Shown here: piece by piece, positions 25,896 to 38,749 of the stretch
Layout of the letters: each line of letters opens with the position of its first letter
How positions within the stretch are numbered: the first letter of the stretch is position 1
Origin: Octopus bimaculoides
Lineage: Eukaryota
NCBI RefSeq assembly: GCF_001194135.2
Contig: NC_068992.1
Location: forward strand, 46,371,226 to 46,432,809
Reading direction: 5' to 3'
DNA: 61,584 nt
The notes under the pieces: generated by a model
Database searches by the model: none
What the model was told of the DNA's origin: nothing
What the model saw: the letters and a program-made list of their open reading frames with translations, nothing else
Position numbers and translations under genes: made by a program

Positions 25896-26719
25896 AAATT
25901 TATGATATACATAAAAAAATTAAAAAAAGATGTGTGGTTTGAACCTGCGTGAAAAGAGTAAATAAAGGAATTGCTTTTCTTTTTTATTTAGATAGGAATC
26001 AATTGTAAAACAAACCGAAAATAAATGAAACAAAGGAAGGTAAGAAGGAAGGATGAAACAAAATGAAAGAAAGGAGAGAATGCGGATTCAAAGACACAAT
26101 GAAAGGGAAAATGTAAAAATTGTGAGAACGATAAAAAGAGAGAGAGAGGGAGGGAGAGAGTCGGGGAGAATGAGGAAAAGTGGAATGATTTGATGTATTA
26201 ATTTAATTGACAAACATTGTCAACAGTGTTTAAAAGATAACATCACCAACAACAACAGCAATGTCGGCCACAGGATCAACAAAAACAAGAACAATAAATT
26301 ACAGCAACAGCAAATACGACAAATAAAATCGACAACAACAACATTGTCAGTATATGTGAGCTTCATTGGATCCTAACATTGTATTTTTTAAAGCTTGTTA
26401 ATATTCATACCCACTTGAAATATGTAAATCAAGAAATATTTAATTTGTTTTGTAACAATGCACTTATAACAACCGGGTTCAGAGAGAAGGTCACCTTATG
26501 AGCCTAGCCAGGACGCCACCGGAAAACCGAGATGCGGGAATGTTATTGGATTTGCACTTCTTTCATCACCCACTGCTATGCTTAATGTAGGTAAGGCCGC
26601 TATATACTCAGTAGACAGATATTTCTCACAAAAGCTCAAATACAGAAAATTACTCAATACACTTACACTTAAAAATCACATATAGTCATACACTTTAGAT
26701 GAGGCAAATTATATCTCGA

Positions 26720-27070
26720 CCGCAATCCTGCTGGTGCGACTAGATATCCTTGCTGGAATTCTAGCATGTTCGCTGAATGGATCATATAACATCGAGGCCA
26801 TCATTTTAGACTCTTAAATAGGTAATTCAGAATAACCAGTTAAACGAATTTATCATATTGACCGAACGATCATTCAAGTGAAGATTTCAGAATTTCTGCT
26901 TAATTCAGAAATATCGAAGAACAGACTGATATGAAACTCGCAATCTTTATGAAACATTTAAAAGAGAATGGTACAGCGTTCAGCAAGAACTGGAAGATCG
27001 CCACAAATTATACGTATCTGTTTCCAAGACATGCAACCTGTACATTGCAGCAAGAGTCATAATAGTAATG
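26720..27070 (+). mobile_element. Highly degraded Tc1-like transposase C-terminus
   Basis: LYETFKREWYSVQQELEDRHKLYVSVSKTCNLYIAAR resembles the Tc1 L...L..EW..I.QE...L..SM..RC...I.A.G pattern. Confidence 0.5.
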
Positions 27071-30000
27071 GAAAGTGATAGTCAGATTTATAACTTAATG
27101 CCAATACAGAGTACTTAAATTCCGGCATATAAGAGAAAATTCACACTTAGACATTGGACTTGCCCTATGTGCAGTTTTATCTTTCTGAAGTAAACTTTTC
27201 GCACGACAGTCTTTTAGCTCAAAATAGATTTAAATTCATTTTATGTATTTTGAATATCATTTATAGCCTGTTTTATTTTTTCCCCTAAATTAAATTCGGG
27301 TATTTCCTGATATTTCTTATTCTCTCCCGATTTCCCTCCGTCACTCAACTCTCCCTCCTCTCTCTTATAACAATGTATCCCTCTCTTCCTCTCTTCCTCA
27401 CTTTCTTTATTAATTCTTCCTGTACGAAAGTGTATGTATGCGGCTTGCACATTAACGTTTGATCAGAAGTCATCTGCATCATCGCCAATCTACGAATAAT
27501 CAGCAGAAACTACAGCAAATGCAACATCAGACTCAAAGCATCACCATCTGAGCATCATTTCACTAACGTTGTCATCACTTCTGTAACACTTTTATTACTA
27601 ATACTACCACAACTACAAATATTAATTCCTCATGTAAATACCATCGTTAAAACAACCACCATAACTACCATAACATCTTTAGTCCACCCACCCCCACTAA
27701 CCAGCTCTCCCACCATCAGTTAACACTATTACCAAAAATACGGTGCCACAAGCAACAACACTTCCATTCCCATTACAACTGCACCTCCTTAATCCATCAT
27801 ACTATTTGAACTGGCCCATTATGATCATATTATAATCAATACAATCACTTGCACATCTTTCATACTACAATTATGGATAACTCCCATCACGATGACAGAC
27901 GCCATTATATCAACACAACCTTTAAATAGCCACTTGACCTGCCAAAAATGTCAACCAAATTTCAATCAAATCATATATTACACTCTTAAAAAAGTGTGGA
28001 CAACGTATGATACATTGATACATAAAATATGGTTAAAGCTGGGGCTCATTTAACTATGGCTTTCTTTGATCATGAATAACTTCAAGCTAAAGATCGACAA
28101 ACATGCTACGAAGCTAAATGTGATCGCTTGGCCTGTTATATACATTTGCTATATCTAACATATTAATCCCCATGAACTAAAAAAGAAGTACAGTCACTTG
28201 CCAGAGTGTAAACCGAGAAAACGCTAAATATAAGGATGATCGTGGTTGGAACGCCTTGAGTTATAAATCTGTTAGATCAGAGATAATCTCGTTGATAAAG
28301 ATGAACAACAATGAAATCGATATATCTAACTCACACAATTACAGAAGCTACTATGGATCACCACAATCATCATCCACATGGCCACCTCAGCAAAATCACC
28401 ATAGCCCACTTTTCACAGCGCCCGCCTCTAAAAACCCCAGAATATTTCTGTTGAAGGAAGTTGATATTTCCTGTTTTTGGCAAATGGTGAAATATACAAT
28501 TCAATTCGTTTAATGTATTGCTGCTGCGTTCATGTTTTTTTTATTATTTTTGTTGCCCTCATTCTTCTTATTACACTTGCCATTTGTTGTTTCTGTAATT
28601 TTGTTCAGAATCTCATGTCAATTTTCAAAATGGCGTTGGCTGTTTTGTTTGCGAATCAATATATATCCATGTGTATACGTGTGTGTGCGTGTATGTGTGT
28701 ATGTGTGTGTGTGTGTATTGTTTCTGCTCTCTATTTCCTATTTCCGCGTCTAATCGCTTACTTAGCTTCGATTTCTGTCATTTAAACTCGCATCAGTCAT
28801 TTAATCTTTTTTTTACAACCATCGCCTTTTTTTGAGAGAGTGTATATATGTACCTATGTATATACGTATTTATGTATGTAAGTATGTACGAATTTACTTT
28901 TATATGTAGATTCGCATATGTAAATGTATCTATGCGTGTATGTAGGAATTCATGTGAATGCATGCCTATGTACGTATTTATATGTATGGGTGTGTATGTA
29001 TGTATGTATGTATGTGTATGTATGAAGGTATATAAATATGTAGGTGCACACGTATGTATGCAACTATATGTATATGTATGCATTCATTTACATGTATACA
29101 TAGGTATTAAGCATGTACGTCGCAAATAAGTACCTATCTTTGTGTTGCATTTGTGTACACATGTATATTCTCACTTATGTATGCTTATATATGTGTGTAT
29201 GTGTGACCGTGTTAGTGTGTGTGTGTGTTTGTGTGTATGTGTCTGTGTGTGTGTGTCTGTGTTTGTGTGTGTCTGTGTCTGTGTGTGGTGAATGAAAGGA
29301 TGGATGCTTTTCGCTGTGATTTATTTTCGTTTTTCGCAGAATTGAAACCGGTCAATAAGAAAGTGACAATGCTTATTTTTTCACTGAATCAATACTGTTT
29401 CGGGGATTTGTGAATATGTCAGGTAATGTGTGCATATGTATTAATGTATATAGTATTTCTACGTAGTGTATGTGTGTCTGTACTCATAGCCGTGTAATGG
29501 AGTGCAGCTATCAGTTGTACGTGAGTGAGCATCTCTGATTTCTCTATTCGTATATGCGTGTGTATTGCCATACATAGATATGCGATTATGTTTATAAGTT
29601 ATTTCCAGGAAATTCAAATAAAGGATCGCAGGAATATTTTAAAACATTTTCATTGTTTCACACTTCAACTGGATTTGGTGGATATGCATAAATATTTCGC
29701 TTTGATCTTTCTTGGAGAACTCTTGTATTATCAGGCTTCATACGTATGTATATGTGTGCGTGTGTGTGTTTGTGTGTGTGCGTATGTCTGTGTGTACAAA
29801 TCCTTATACAGTTCTATGTATATATANNNNNNNNNNNNNNNNNNNNNNNNNNNNNNNNNNNNNNNNNNNNNNNNNNNNNNNNNNNNNNNNNNNNNNNNNN
29901 NNNNNNNNNNNNNNNNNNNNNNNNNNNNNNNNNNNNNNNNNNNNNNNNNNNNNNNNNNNNNNNNNNNNNNNNNNNNNNNNNNNNNNNNNNNNNNNNNNNN

Positions 30001-30216
30001 NNNNNNNNNNNNNNNNNNNNNNNNNNNNNNNNNNNNNNNNNNNNNNNNNNNNNNNNNNNNNNNNNNNNNNNNNNNNNNNNNNNNNNNNNNNNNNNNNATA
30101 TATATATATCAATAATGTCCACTATTTTAGAATAAGTGCTCTTCATATTTTCTTATCCCTAAGACAAGTGGTAGGCAGGTTATTATAATGTGCGTCCTCT
30201 CTCCAAGCAATCTACG

Positions 30217-30298
30217 GGCTCTGAGCACATGGTTTGTTTTATATGAAATTAGGACGCTGGTACTCGAGAATCCACGTACCAGCGTCCTAAACAGAGCC
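30217..30298. repeat. Inverted repeat: perfect 15-bp stem with 12-nt loop, plus outer 7-bp arms
   Basis: ttaggacgctggtac (30249-30263) / gtaccagcgtcctaa (30276-30290); ggctctg (30217-30223) / cagagcc (30292-30298). Confidence 0.92.
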
Positions 30299-30699
30299 AG
30301 TGGATTGGTTGGAGATACAAAGCACCTTATACAAACCTGCTCACTACTTGTCTTAATGGCGATGAATCGTCAGTAACTCCTATTTTAATATAGTGTACAT
30401 TAGGTAATATTTAGTTCTCGCTTGACGGAGTACTTTTCTTGCTGATCTTACCTTATACGAACCCAAAATTTCTTGGCGTTTGCGATTCAAATGTTTTGCG
30501 TTACTAGCACTGGCTGGCCAGAACAGTCATGTGTTTGAAAGTAGGCATTGATAAAAAACATTAAATTCCGGCAATATATATAATTAAATTTTGGAATTGA
30601 AATGTATTTTAATATATACTGTATATGCATGTATGTATGCATGTATGTATGTATGTATGTATGCATATGTGTGTTTANNNNNNNNNNNNNNNNNNNNNN

Positions 30700-30732
<33 letters not shown>

Positions 30733-31885
30733 TAGATAGATAGATAGATGGATAGCTAGGTAGATAGATATATGCCTGTTTTAAGTAACCACTGCACGTA
30801 TGATCATAGGTGTAAATGGGATTCTATACAATGGATACAAAGCTGTGTTCTCTGCATTAGTTGATCATTAATATTCGCTTGTTCTACGACACTAGCTAGA
30901 ATATTATCATCCAATGAGAAGTTGACCTCTACAGTAATTTATTACTTTTCTACCTTGGCCCATTGAACAATATCTGGTCTGTATTGTTTGCACCAGTCTG
31001 CATATTTTACTAGAGTATTCTATTAATTGTTGTCATGTTTTATGTTGTGGATACTTACTGATAGGAATATATTCTGTAACCAGTATGCTTTTGGTTATGT
31101 AAATAAACATGATGTAGCAGGCATATCACAATATCAGATACTGTCTTTTACTCATTTAATTTACTTATTTCTTGAAAAATTCGTTATATTATTTCTCTCT
31201 CTATCTCTCACCATATTTTCTGCCCTTCTCTATGTAGCTTTGTAAATGCCACCACCTCGTTGTGGATATTTTCAAATAGTTCTACTGTTGAATGCATATC
31301 TGAAAAAAGATAATTTATTTATCTGAAAATGTATGCTTTGAAATACTTTCTTAGGTAGTCATCTTTTCCATGTCTTCTTATAATCCTTCTGTTTCTTTTC
31401 CTTCTATGTGAAGTTAAATACCACCTGCTTGCTGTGGGTTGATATATTTCTACACTCATTCACTAAAGCATACGTTGCTTGGCAATTCAATACGCTCCTT
31501 TATATATAGAGACAGATTCAGAAGTAGCTAAGTTACTAGAAGCTTCGTAACTCGTCCTTCTCTCATTAACGCACACCCCCCGTTCCTCTTTAACTCTGTC
31601 TACATAATTAGAATCTTATGGGAAGATCTGAACCCCACTCTCTCTCTCCAGAGAGGCCAGGTCAGAGATCTGCTAAGGAAACGAATCAACTACTGGCAAT
31701 CATGCGTTTCCAGTGCAACTTAAAAACCTATTTGGTCAGGAAGGGACTTATCAGGCACCAAGTTTGATGTAAAACTTGTGAAAAGGGCGAATGAATGCGA
31801 GAATGTTATTGGCTGATATAGACGAGGTGCAACATAGCTTCACTTCAGGGCGGTGTAGATACGTATCACTGCCGTTATCTACTAG

Positions 31886-31975
31886 CCTGCAGCCAGCAGC
31901 CAGCCACTCACCCACTCAGCCACTCAATCACCCAGCTACCAAAGCAACCAGCCATCCAGCCAGCGTCCACAGCGG
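31886..31975. repeat. Degenerate (CAGC/CACT/CACC) tetranucleotide tract
   Basis: cagccagcagccagccactcacccactcagcc... Confidence 0.75.
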
Positions 31976-32414
31976 CTGTAGAATTTATATGTTTTGTTCT
32001 GTCGTTGCTCACTGAATACATTACAGGTCACGCAGGGAGCTTCTAATAACTACGAAAATTATATCAATTTGAGTTTGTTACAAATAAATTATGAAATGAT
32101 AAATTAATAGCTTATACATATAGCTGATCGATAGCCGCCTGTTCAGTTACGGATTGTCCTTGATGTAGCTTACGCCAATTAGCTCCAAAAGTTTAATTAG
32201 GATGCAAGAATGCGAGTTTGTATCTAGAATAATAAAAAAAAAATTGTCAGACATAGGTGCGAATGATTGGAGGACAAATCGCATTCGTGGCGATTTGAAA
32301 GTTTAAAAATCGGCATTTTGCTCCAGTGTGTAATACAAAGCTTACAGAATAAGGTTGTACTGAAGACGTGGAGGGAAGAATTAGTTTTGTCATGGGGAAA
32401 CAACGTTATGGCTA

Positions 32415-32498
32415 GTAGACCTCGGCAGAATTTGAATTCAGAGGGTAAAGACGGACAAAATGCTGGCTTGCTGGCGATTCTGTTACCTCATCGCCTTA
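32415..32498 (-). mobile_element. SINE 5' head fragment
   Basis: Reverse complement aaggcgatgaggtaacagaatcgccagc...ctgaattcaaattctgccgaggtctac matches the family head and B-box. Confidence 0.7.
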
Positions 32499-33099
32499 AA
32501 TCGCCTAATGATAATGAGTCATTTAAGTGAAAGCGTCAAACAAGAGACAGGAGAGTGACACGTCCTTTTTGCAGTGTCGGTATATAATGTTTCAAGTCTC
32601 TTGTAAGACCTTTCTTTGGTTTCTCTGTCTTAGTTCCTGGCAGTTGAAAGTTTTGGCTCATTTTACTCCACAATCAGTTAAAGACTGTAGGTGATACTGC
32701 ATATATCACAAATTATAGATTTGAACTCATAAACTACGAGTAGCGAACCTAGAATCTTATCTAGCCATCCAATCAACTTCCCCAATCAATGATGTTACTA
32801 ATGAGTAATATGATCCAGAATCGTCTTAGGAATTGAAGATTATTTTTCCCTTTGGAATTATATTTCCCTTTGGAATCTGGTTTTGTCATTAATATGCGAA
32901 CTTCAAAGATTCTGCTGTTCTTCAAAGAAGCTATTTTTCTTGTAGGATTGGTCACAAGCATGATGTGTATTAACAGTTTGGTATTCGGAATCAAAGAAGC
33001 TGGCAATGTCTCGCTTATTAATGGAAGAAAACAACAGGCAATTGTTGTAGGCTAATTATCATCAAGGTAGAGTTTCTGTGATGTTCATTAATTATGTAG

Positions 33100-33212
33100 G
33101 CAAGGATTCAACTACAAGAAAATTGTTGGAACATGGGCGCCACTGTGCGGTCAACCATCCAGCTAGAAACAGCAGGCACATTTTCAAATTTGATTTTACC
33201 TTCTTAAAAAAG
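33100..33212 (+). CDS. Candidate internal exon (GKDSTTRKLLEHGRHCAVNHPARNSRHIFKFDFTFLKK), product unknown
   Basis: ttatgtag acceptor (weak tract), strong AAG|gtaagc donor, only one frame open through to the donor. Confidence 0.25.
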
Positions 33213-33322
33213 GTAAGCGTACGATGGTTTGTGCAGCAGCGGAAATACTTAAGAAGGCGGGGCTGTGTCGGTTGGAATTTATCTGATCATTCGTCCAATC
33301 GTTTACGTCTTACCTGGAGCTG

Positions 33323-33656
33323 AACAACAACAAAAACAAGAATAGCAACAACAACAACAACAGCAGTAGCAACAACAACAATAACAACAACAGCAAGAAC
33401 AACAACAAATGTGAGCCAATAGGGCTCATGCATTTAGGTTTTTCTCATTCGAAACACCCTTACCGTTGTTATCTGGTGACGTAAAGTGAAAATATCACGT
33501 TTCCATAAAAAACTAAAATGTTGCTGCAATTTACATAATTTTTTCATACCATCACCGACACCACGTCCACCACAACTACTACCACCAAAACCATCACCAC
33601 TACAAATACCACTACCTGCACCACCACCACCACCACCGCAGGTACTGCTGCTGCTG

Positions 33657-33714
<58 letters not shown>

Positions 33715-33749
33715 CGCTACTACTAATAATAATGATGATGATGATGGTG

Positions 33750-33793
<44 letters not shown>

Positions 33794-33804
33794 TATAATA
33801 ATAA

Positions 33805-33835
<31 letters not shown>
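33323..33835. repeat. (CAA)n tract and stepwise trinucleotide ladder CCA-CTG-CTA-TAA-GAT-AAT-GAT
   Basis: Directly visible at 33323-33410 and 33550-33835. Confidence 0.95.
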
Positions 33836-34189
33836 CTAGGAAAAACAAAAACAAAAAGTTGAAACTTGAATTTAAAATTCTTTAAACTATTTGTCATAAG
33901 TGCAGCTAATTGCTTGACGAGTGGACACGTTTGTCAATAACTGTCAGGGAAAGAAGAGAAGAAGTCTGGAGATCGTAATGTAATGCAAAAACAAAAACAG
34001 GCGTAATGACTGTAAGAAAGAGAAAAGAATGGGAAGGAAGAATCAAGTTTAAACGTTAATTAGAAGCTTAGAGTTCAAATTGGATGGGGCCAAGCTGCCA
34101 ACCTTTGGCACTTCTCGCCTGACATATAAATCCTACCGACTTACCCTAATAACACTGAGTTCTTAGTGAAGTAAACAAAAATAATAGTA

Positions 34190-34204
34190 ACATTATTATC
34201 ATTA

Positions 34205-34256
<52 letters not shown>

Positions 34257-34259
34257 TAC

Positions 34260-34313
<54 letters not shown>
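34190..34313. repeat. (ATT)n microsatellite
   Basis: Near-perfect run with one act interruption. Confidence 0.97.
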
Positions 34314-34314
<1 letters not shown>

Positions 34315-36167
34315 TATAGAAAATCAAGCCAAACAGTAAGGATTGTTTATCTTCTTAAAAGATATTTAGAGTATTATTCATCTCATACTTCTTATTCCCC
34401 TCTCATTCANNNNNNNNNNNNNNNNNNNNNNNNNNNNNNNNNNNNNNNNNNNNNNNNNNNNNNNNNNNNNNNNNNNNNNNNNNNNNNNNNNNNNNNNNNN
34501 NNNNNNNNNNNNNNNNNNNNNNNNNNNNNNNNNNNNNNNATCTATCTGTCTGTCTGTCTCTTTCGTGTTGTTAGGCGGTGAGTATATTTTACAAATTTTT
34601 TTTTTTTACTTATATCCAGTTTCTATAACTCATTATCAATCTTGTATTTTCTCCTTTTGTTTTTCTCTTTTGTACAATGAATTTTAAAGAGCCTCCAGCT
34701 TCTTGCAAAATTTATGATTTTTTTTATCAAAAATTCTTTTTAAAAAATCTCACAATTTTTATGAACTCATCTGTGAATACATTTTGTGCGAAGAAATTTT
34801 TTTAAACCATCGTAATTCTAAATTTGAAAATAAAATTATAAGAAATAAATAATATAAAATAAAAGAAATGAGCATGCAATTTTTATTGTGTCCCTGCTGG
34901 CGTTGAGGTACATGTTAATTTTAAAGCATCTATTTATATTTTTTTTATTGAAGAGTACTCTCAAGGGAGACAACAAATGCATTACTAAATTTGCTTTTCA
35001 ACATTAAGAGTGAGATGTGTTTTTGCATTGGTGGCAATTAATGTCATTGTTTTGATTGCAACAATTAAGAAGATCATGTTTGGTTTGTATAAATTTAATG
35101 ACGAACAGAATTCCAATCAAGCTAATGCTGAATAGCTAATGAAAATCTTTAGCATTTGTGTTTGCTCCTTCCGAATATAATTTGTTCTGTTTATTGCAAT
35201 CGTTTCTGCCATAAAGTTGGAGGAATACGAACGCATTTAAGAGATCAAGAATAATAGAACTGTGGTTAAAATACTACAATTATTAATCAAATAATTTTCA
35301 GTTCGAACCTTGATATAATCGCTGAACCATGATTTTATTCTGAGGTCATGTACTCATTCCAGAAATTTTATCTGACATGTAATACTAATTCCCCTTGCTA
35401 AGGTGTTGGTGTCAGGACAGTCAAAAAATTAGAGAGAAGTACGATGTAACAATTGCCCCGTGTAATTTCACTGATAAAATAATCCGAGATATGATTTTTG
35501 AATGTCTTTTTATAACGCCTAATATCAAAACATTGTTATTCGGTACCTCTCGAATAGACGCAAGGTACATAAAAGAACACATTTTCATCGTTGACAGAAG
35601 GAGGTAGTCTCAATGTAAATAACGCAATATTCAGTCTTCCAACGAAACATCCACGTTAAGGTATATATAAAGATTGCCTGTTGGCGTTAATGCTACTTCT
35701 TGCGCTAATAATTATCCTTTAAGTTTTGGACCAGACATCTCTTTTCATTGATATCTGAGTTTTAGCTAACTAAATAATTATAAGCACTTATGTCCATCAT
35801 GAATGAGATGTACGGCAATCTGACATCCTGTACGTTACATGGACAATATGTTGAGTTAAATAACCAGAAAGAGAGCATTCACGTACTTTCCAACCTGTAT
35901 AATTTTGCTACACAATCTGTTTTAGTTAATACTCATAGTTAGGGAGAAGAGATATTTTAAAATTCCTAATTACTGACTTCTACAGAAAGGTAAAAGCCGA
36001 CATTGGATGACAGTTTAAACGGGATTTTAGTTGATAACATCTGATTAATATCATTGCAAGCATTTTTGATGCTATCTAACTAATGCACTTAACTGTTCAT
36101 GTCCCAGTCCTCCGATGTCAGAGGCATGTGTTACATGTTATCTGGGAATGCTCTCTTTAATCGATTG

Positions 36168-36540
36168 ATATCTAATCTCTGAGTGGTTACTTCGTAGTCG
36201 ACTCTCATTAATCGTTCAGAGATGTAACCATTGGGTGGATTCCAATATTCTCAGTGATATAATCTATGGTTGAGCCACACTAATCTCTAGAAAATTAATG
36301 TTGCATTCTTCACATCTGTCTCAAAATACATAACCAATCGATGGCTCACACTAAACACTAGAAATGTAATCACTGACTTGCACTAACGTCTAGATATTAA
36401 ATCCTAAATTATTCACAATAGATCTAGATTTTAAACCCAGGGTGATTCGCACTAAACTGTAGAGAAATATAATCCCAGGCTCATCACATTCATAACCTCT
36501 AGAGACATGAACCCACGATGACTCACTTCAATTCTTCAAA
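36168..36540. repeat. Degenerate ~35-bp minisatellite, about 10-11 units
   Basis: Recurrent tcacactaa..ctctaga(ga)a(t/a)gtaa(t/c)c motif at 32-39 bp spacing (manual alignment). Confidence 0.7.
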
Positions 36541-36587
36541 GTTTATCACCACTCTAATTTTCTCTTGTAATATAGCATACAGTGAAA

Positions 36588-36885
36588 AGGCCATACGTGT
36601 TTCAACATAACTCAGTACCTTCTCACGAAGCCCATTTAACCCAAGGATGGATGTGAGGCAATTTGTGAACTCCAACCTCACCAGATTTAATTTCTATAAG
36701 CTGCTGTTTTCAGTGTTGTTGACAAGGAGTATAATCAACTTCCTAATAATACTAAACCTTCACTGGAGGCGATGATTGCCCAGATGATGTCTGATATGAG
36801 TGAAGACCGTTTGAGCGAAGGGATATCATGATTTCGGTCCCGCATAGAAGTAGTCATCGGAACTAAATGCACGTTCATAGAATAA
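36588..36885 (+). mobile_element. maT/DD37D-type (Bmmar1-like) transposase C-terminal remnant
   Basis: RPYVFQHNSVPSHEAHLTQGW...PTSPDL / SVVDKEYNQLPNNTKPSLEAMI..MSDM...FRSRIEVVIGTKCTFIE*, matching the maT YVFQQDSAP.H..WPPNSPDL..HNTK.SL..FRSRIEAVI.AEG.YIE pattern. Confidence 0.8.
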
Positions 36886-37484
36886 TCTTGCAGGAAAGCT
36901 TATCGAGAACGTGTCTACAACACGTTTTATTAAAATACGTTTGGATTTTGCCGGATTAGATGTGTTTTATATTAAAGTAGCGAATGTTTCTTCAAATAAA
37001 TCTCTTATCCTGTACACACACACANNNNNNNNNNNNNNNNNNNNNNNNNNNNNNNNNNNNNNNNNNNNNNNNNNNNNNNNNNNNNNNNNNNNNNNNNNNN
37101 NNNNNNNNNNNNNNNNNNNNNNNNNNNNNNNNNNNNNNNNNNNNNNNNNNNNATATATATATATATATATATATTTAAAATTATACATGTATATATATGT
37201 TAATGTATGTATATGTACGCACACGCACACACATACACACGCACACACATATATATATATATCTGTGTGTGTATGTATATATATATATATATGTGTACGT
37301 ATATTTGTATATAATATACACCCTGAAAATAAGGTCATGAAATAAACGCTTTAGATTTAGATACAAATGTATAAATGCATAAAAGTGTGTATATTAAATA
37401 TATGCAGTAACTATGAAATTATTGTCCTGAAAATTATATTTAGATATATAGTATATATTTGCATCCATCTGAGCAAAATAAACT

Positions 37485-37692
37485 GAAATAAATACAGCAG
37501 AACAAGACAGTACAGAAATGAATCCCAATGCGTTGCTTAGGTGGCTCTCAGACTGGGAGTATTCGTATCATAGAAACATGAGATAAACAATTTAATTATT
37601 GCAGCGACCATTTTTAAGAATACAATAATATAAACAGACATTTAAAATGACTGGGCGAGGCTATGTGGTTGCTTCCCAACCACATGCTTTCT
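37485..37692 (+). repeat. 208-bp direct duplication, copy 1
   Basis: Aligns without gaps to 38332-38539 with 8 substitutions by manual count (about 96%). Confidence 0.95.
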
Positions 37693-38331
37693 CGTAGTGT
37701 CGTTTAATTTTCACTGCTACCAAATGTGCCTGATTAAATATGCAGCATATGTTAATTGATGAAGAAATCAAAAAAAAAAAAAGGGGTCAGCATAGGCCGG
37801 TGGACAAGGGACATAAATCGTAGAAGCATGCATGACATCTAATAAACGTAGATCAAGGGAAAATGGCACTGATAGGCACTGATGATAGGTAAAAAGAAGA
37901 AAGAGTTAGAGTAAAATATAATAGAGTGAATTACATGAGAAAGGTAAATCGAAAAATAAAACCTGAATTCTAAAGGAGGGGGGGGATAATAACTACAAAA
38001 TATAAGAATCATGAACAACTGAGGATATAATTGCATTAAATAATATATTTTTTGCCCTTGTGAGTGTATGTGTGTGTGTGTGTGTGCGTGTGTGATTGAG
38101 TGAGTGATTGTGTGTGTGTGTGTGCGTGTGTGTGTGTGGGTGTGTGTGTGTGTGCGTGTGTGTGTGTATGTCATAGGAAAGTAAAATTAAAAATATGAAA
38201 AAATATATAGAAATATATAAATCGTAAAAGTTTACTCCTGAGCCTAAATCACTCTAACCTGATGCATAAAATGGTTCAATTTAATTGACTACACTCCTTG
38301 CTTAAATTACGTGGCCATGCGCCAGAACATA

Positions 38332-38539
38332 GAAATAAATACAGCAGAACAAGACAGTACAGAAATGAATCCCAATGCGTTGTTTAGGTGGCTCTCAGAC
38401 TGGGAGGATTCGTATCATAGAAACACGAGATAAACAATTTAATTATTGCAGCGACCATTTTTAAGAATACGATAATATAAATAGACATTTAAAATGACTG
38501 TGCGAGGCCATGTGGTTGCTTCCCAAACACATGCTTTCT
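38332..38539 (+). repeat. 208-bp direct duplication, copy 2
   Basis: Partner of 37485-37692. Confidence 0.95.
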
Positions 38540-38749
38540 TTAGTCCTACTGCTATAGTCCAGGGCCTACGAAAACCTTCTGAACGTGTGTGTGTATGTGT
38601 GTGTGTATGTGCGTGTTTGTGAGATTGTGCATGGATCAGTCCCCCACCTTCGCTTGATAACCGGTGTAGTGCTTGACAACCGGTGTAGGTTTGCTCGCGT
38701 TCCCGTAAGCGAGCAATAGAATTAGTGCAAAGTATTGGCAATTAGTATA

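Noticed and set aside
32740-33090. piggyBac transposase remnant
   Set aside because: Only vague FGI and Y.GK similarities; no catalytic motifs or TTAA/TIR pair, so left unassigned.
36168-36540. CRISPR-like array
   Set aside because: Contiguous degenerate units with no conserved repeat/unique spacer alternation, no cas genes, eukaryotic context.
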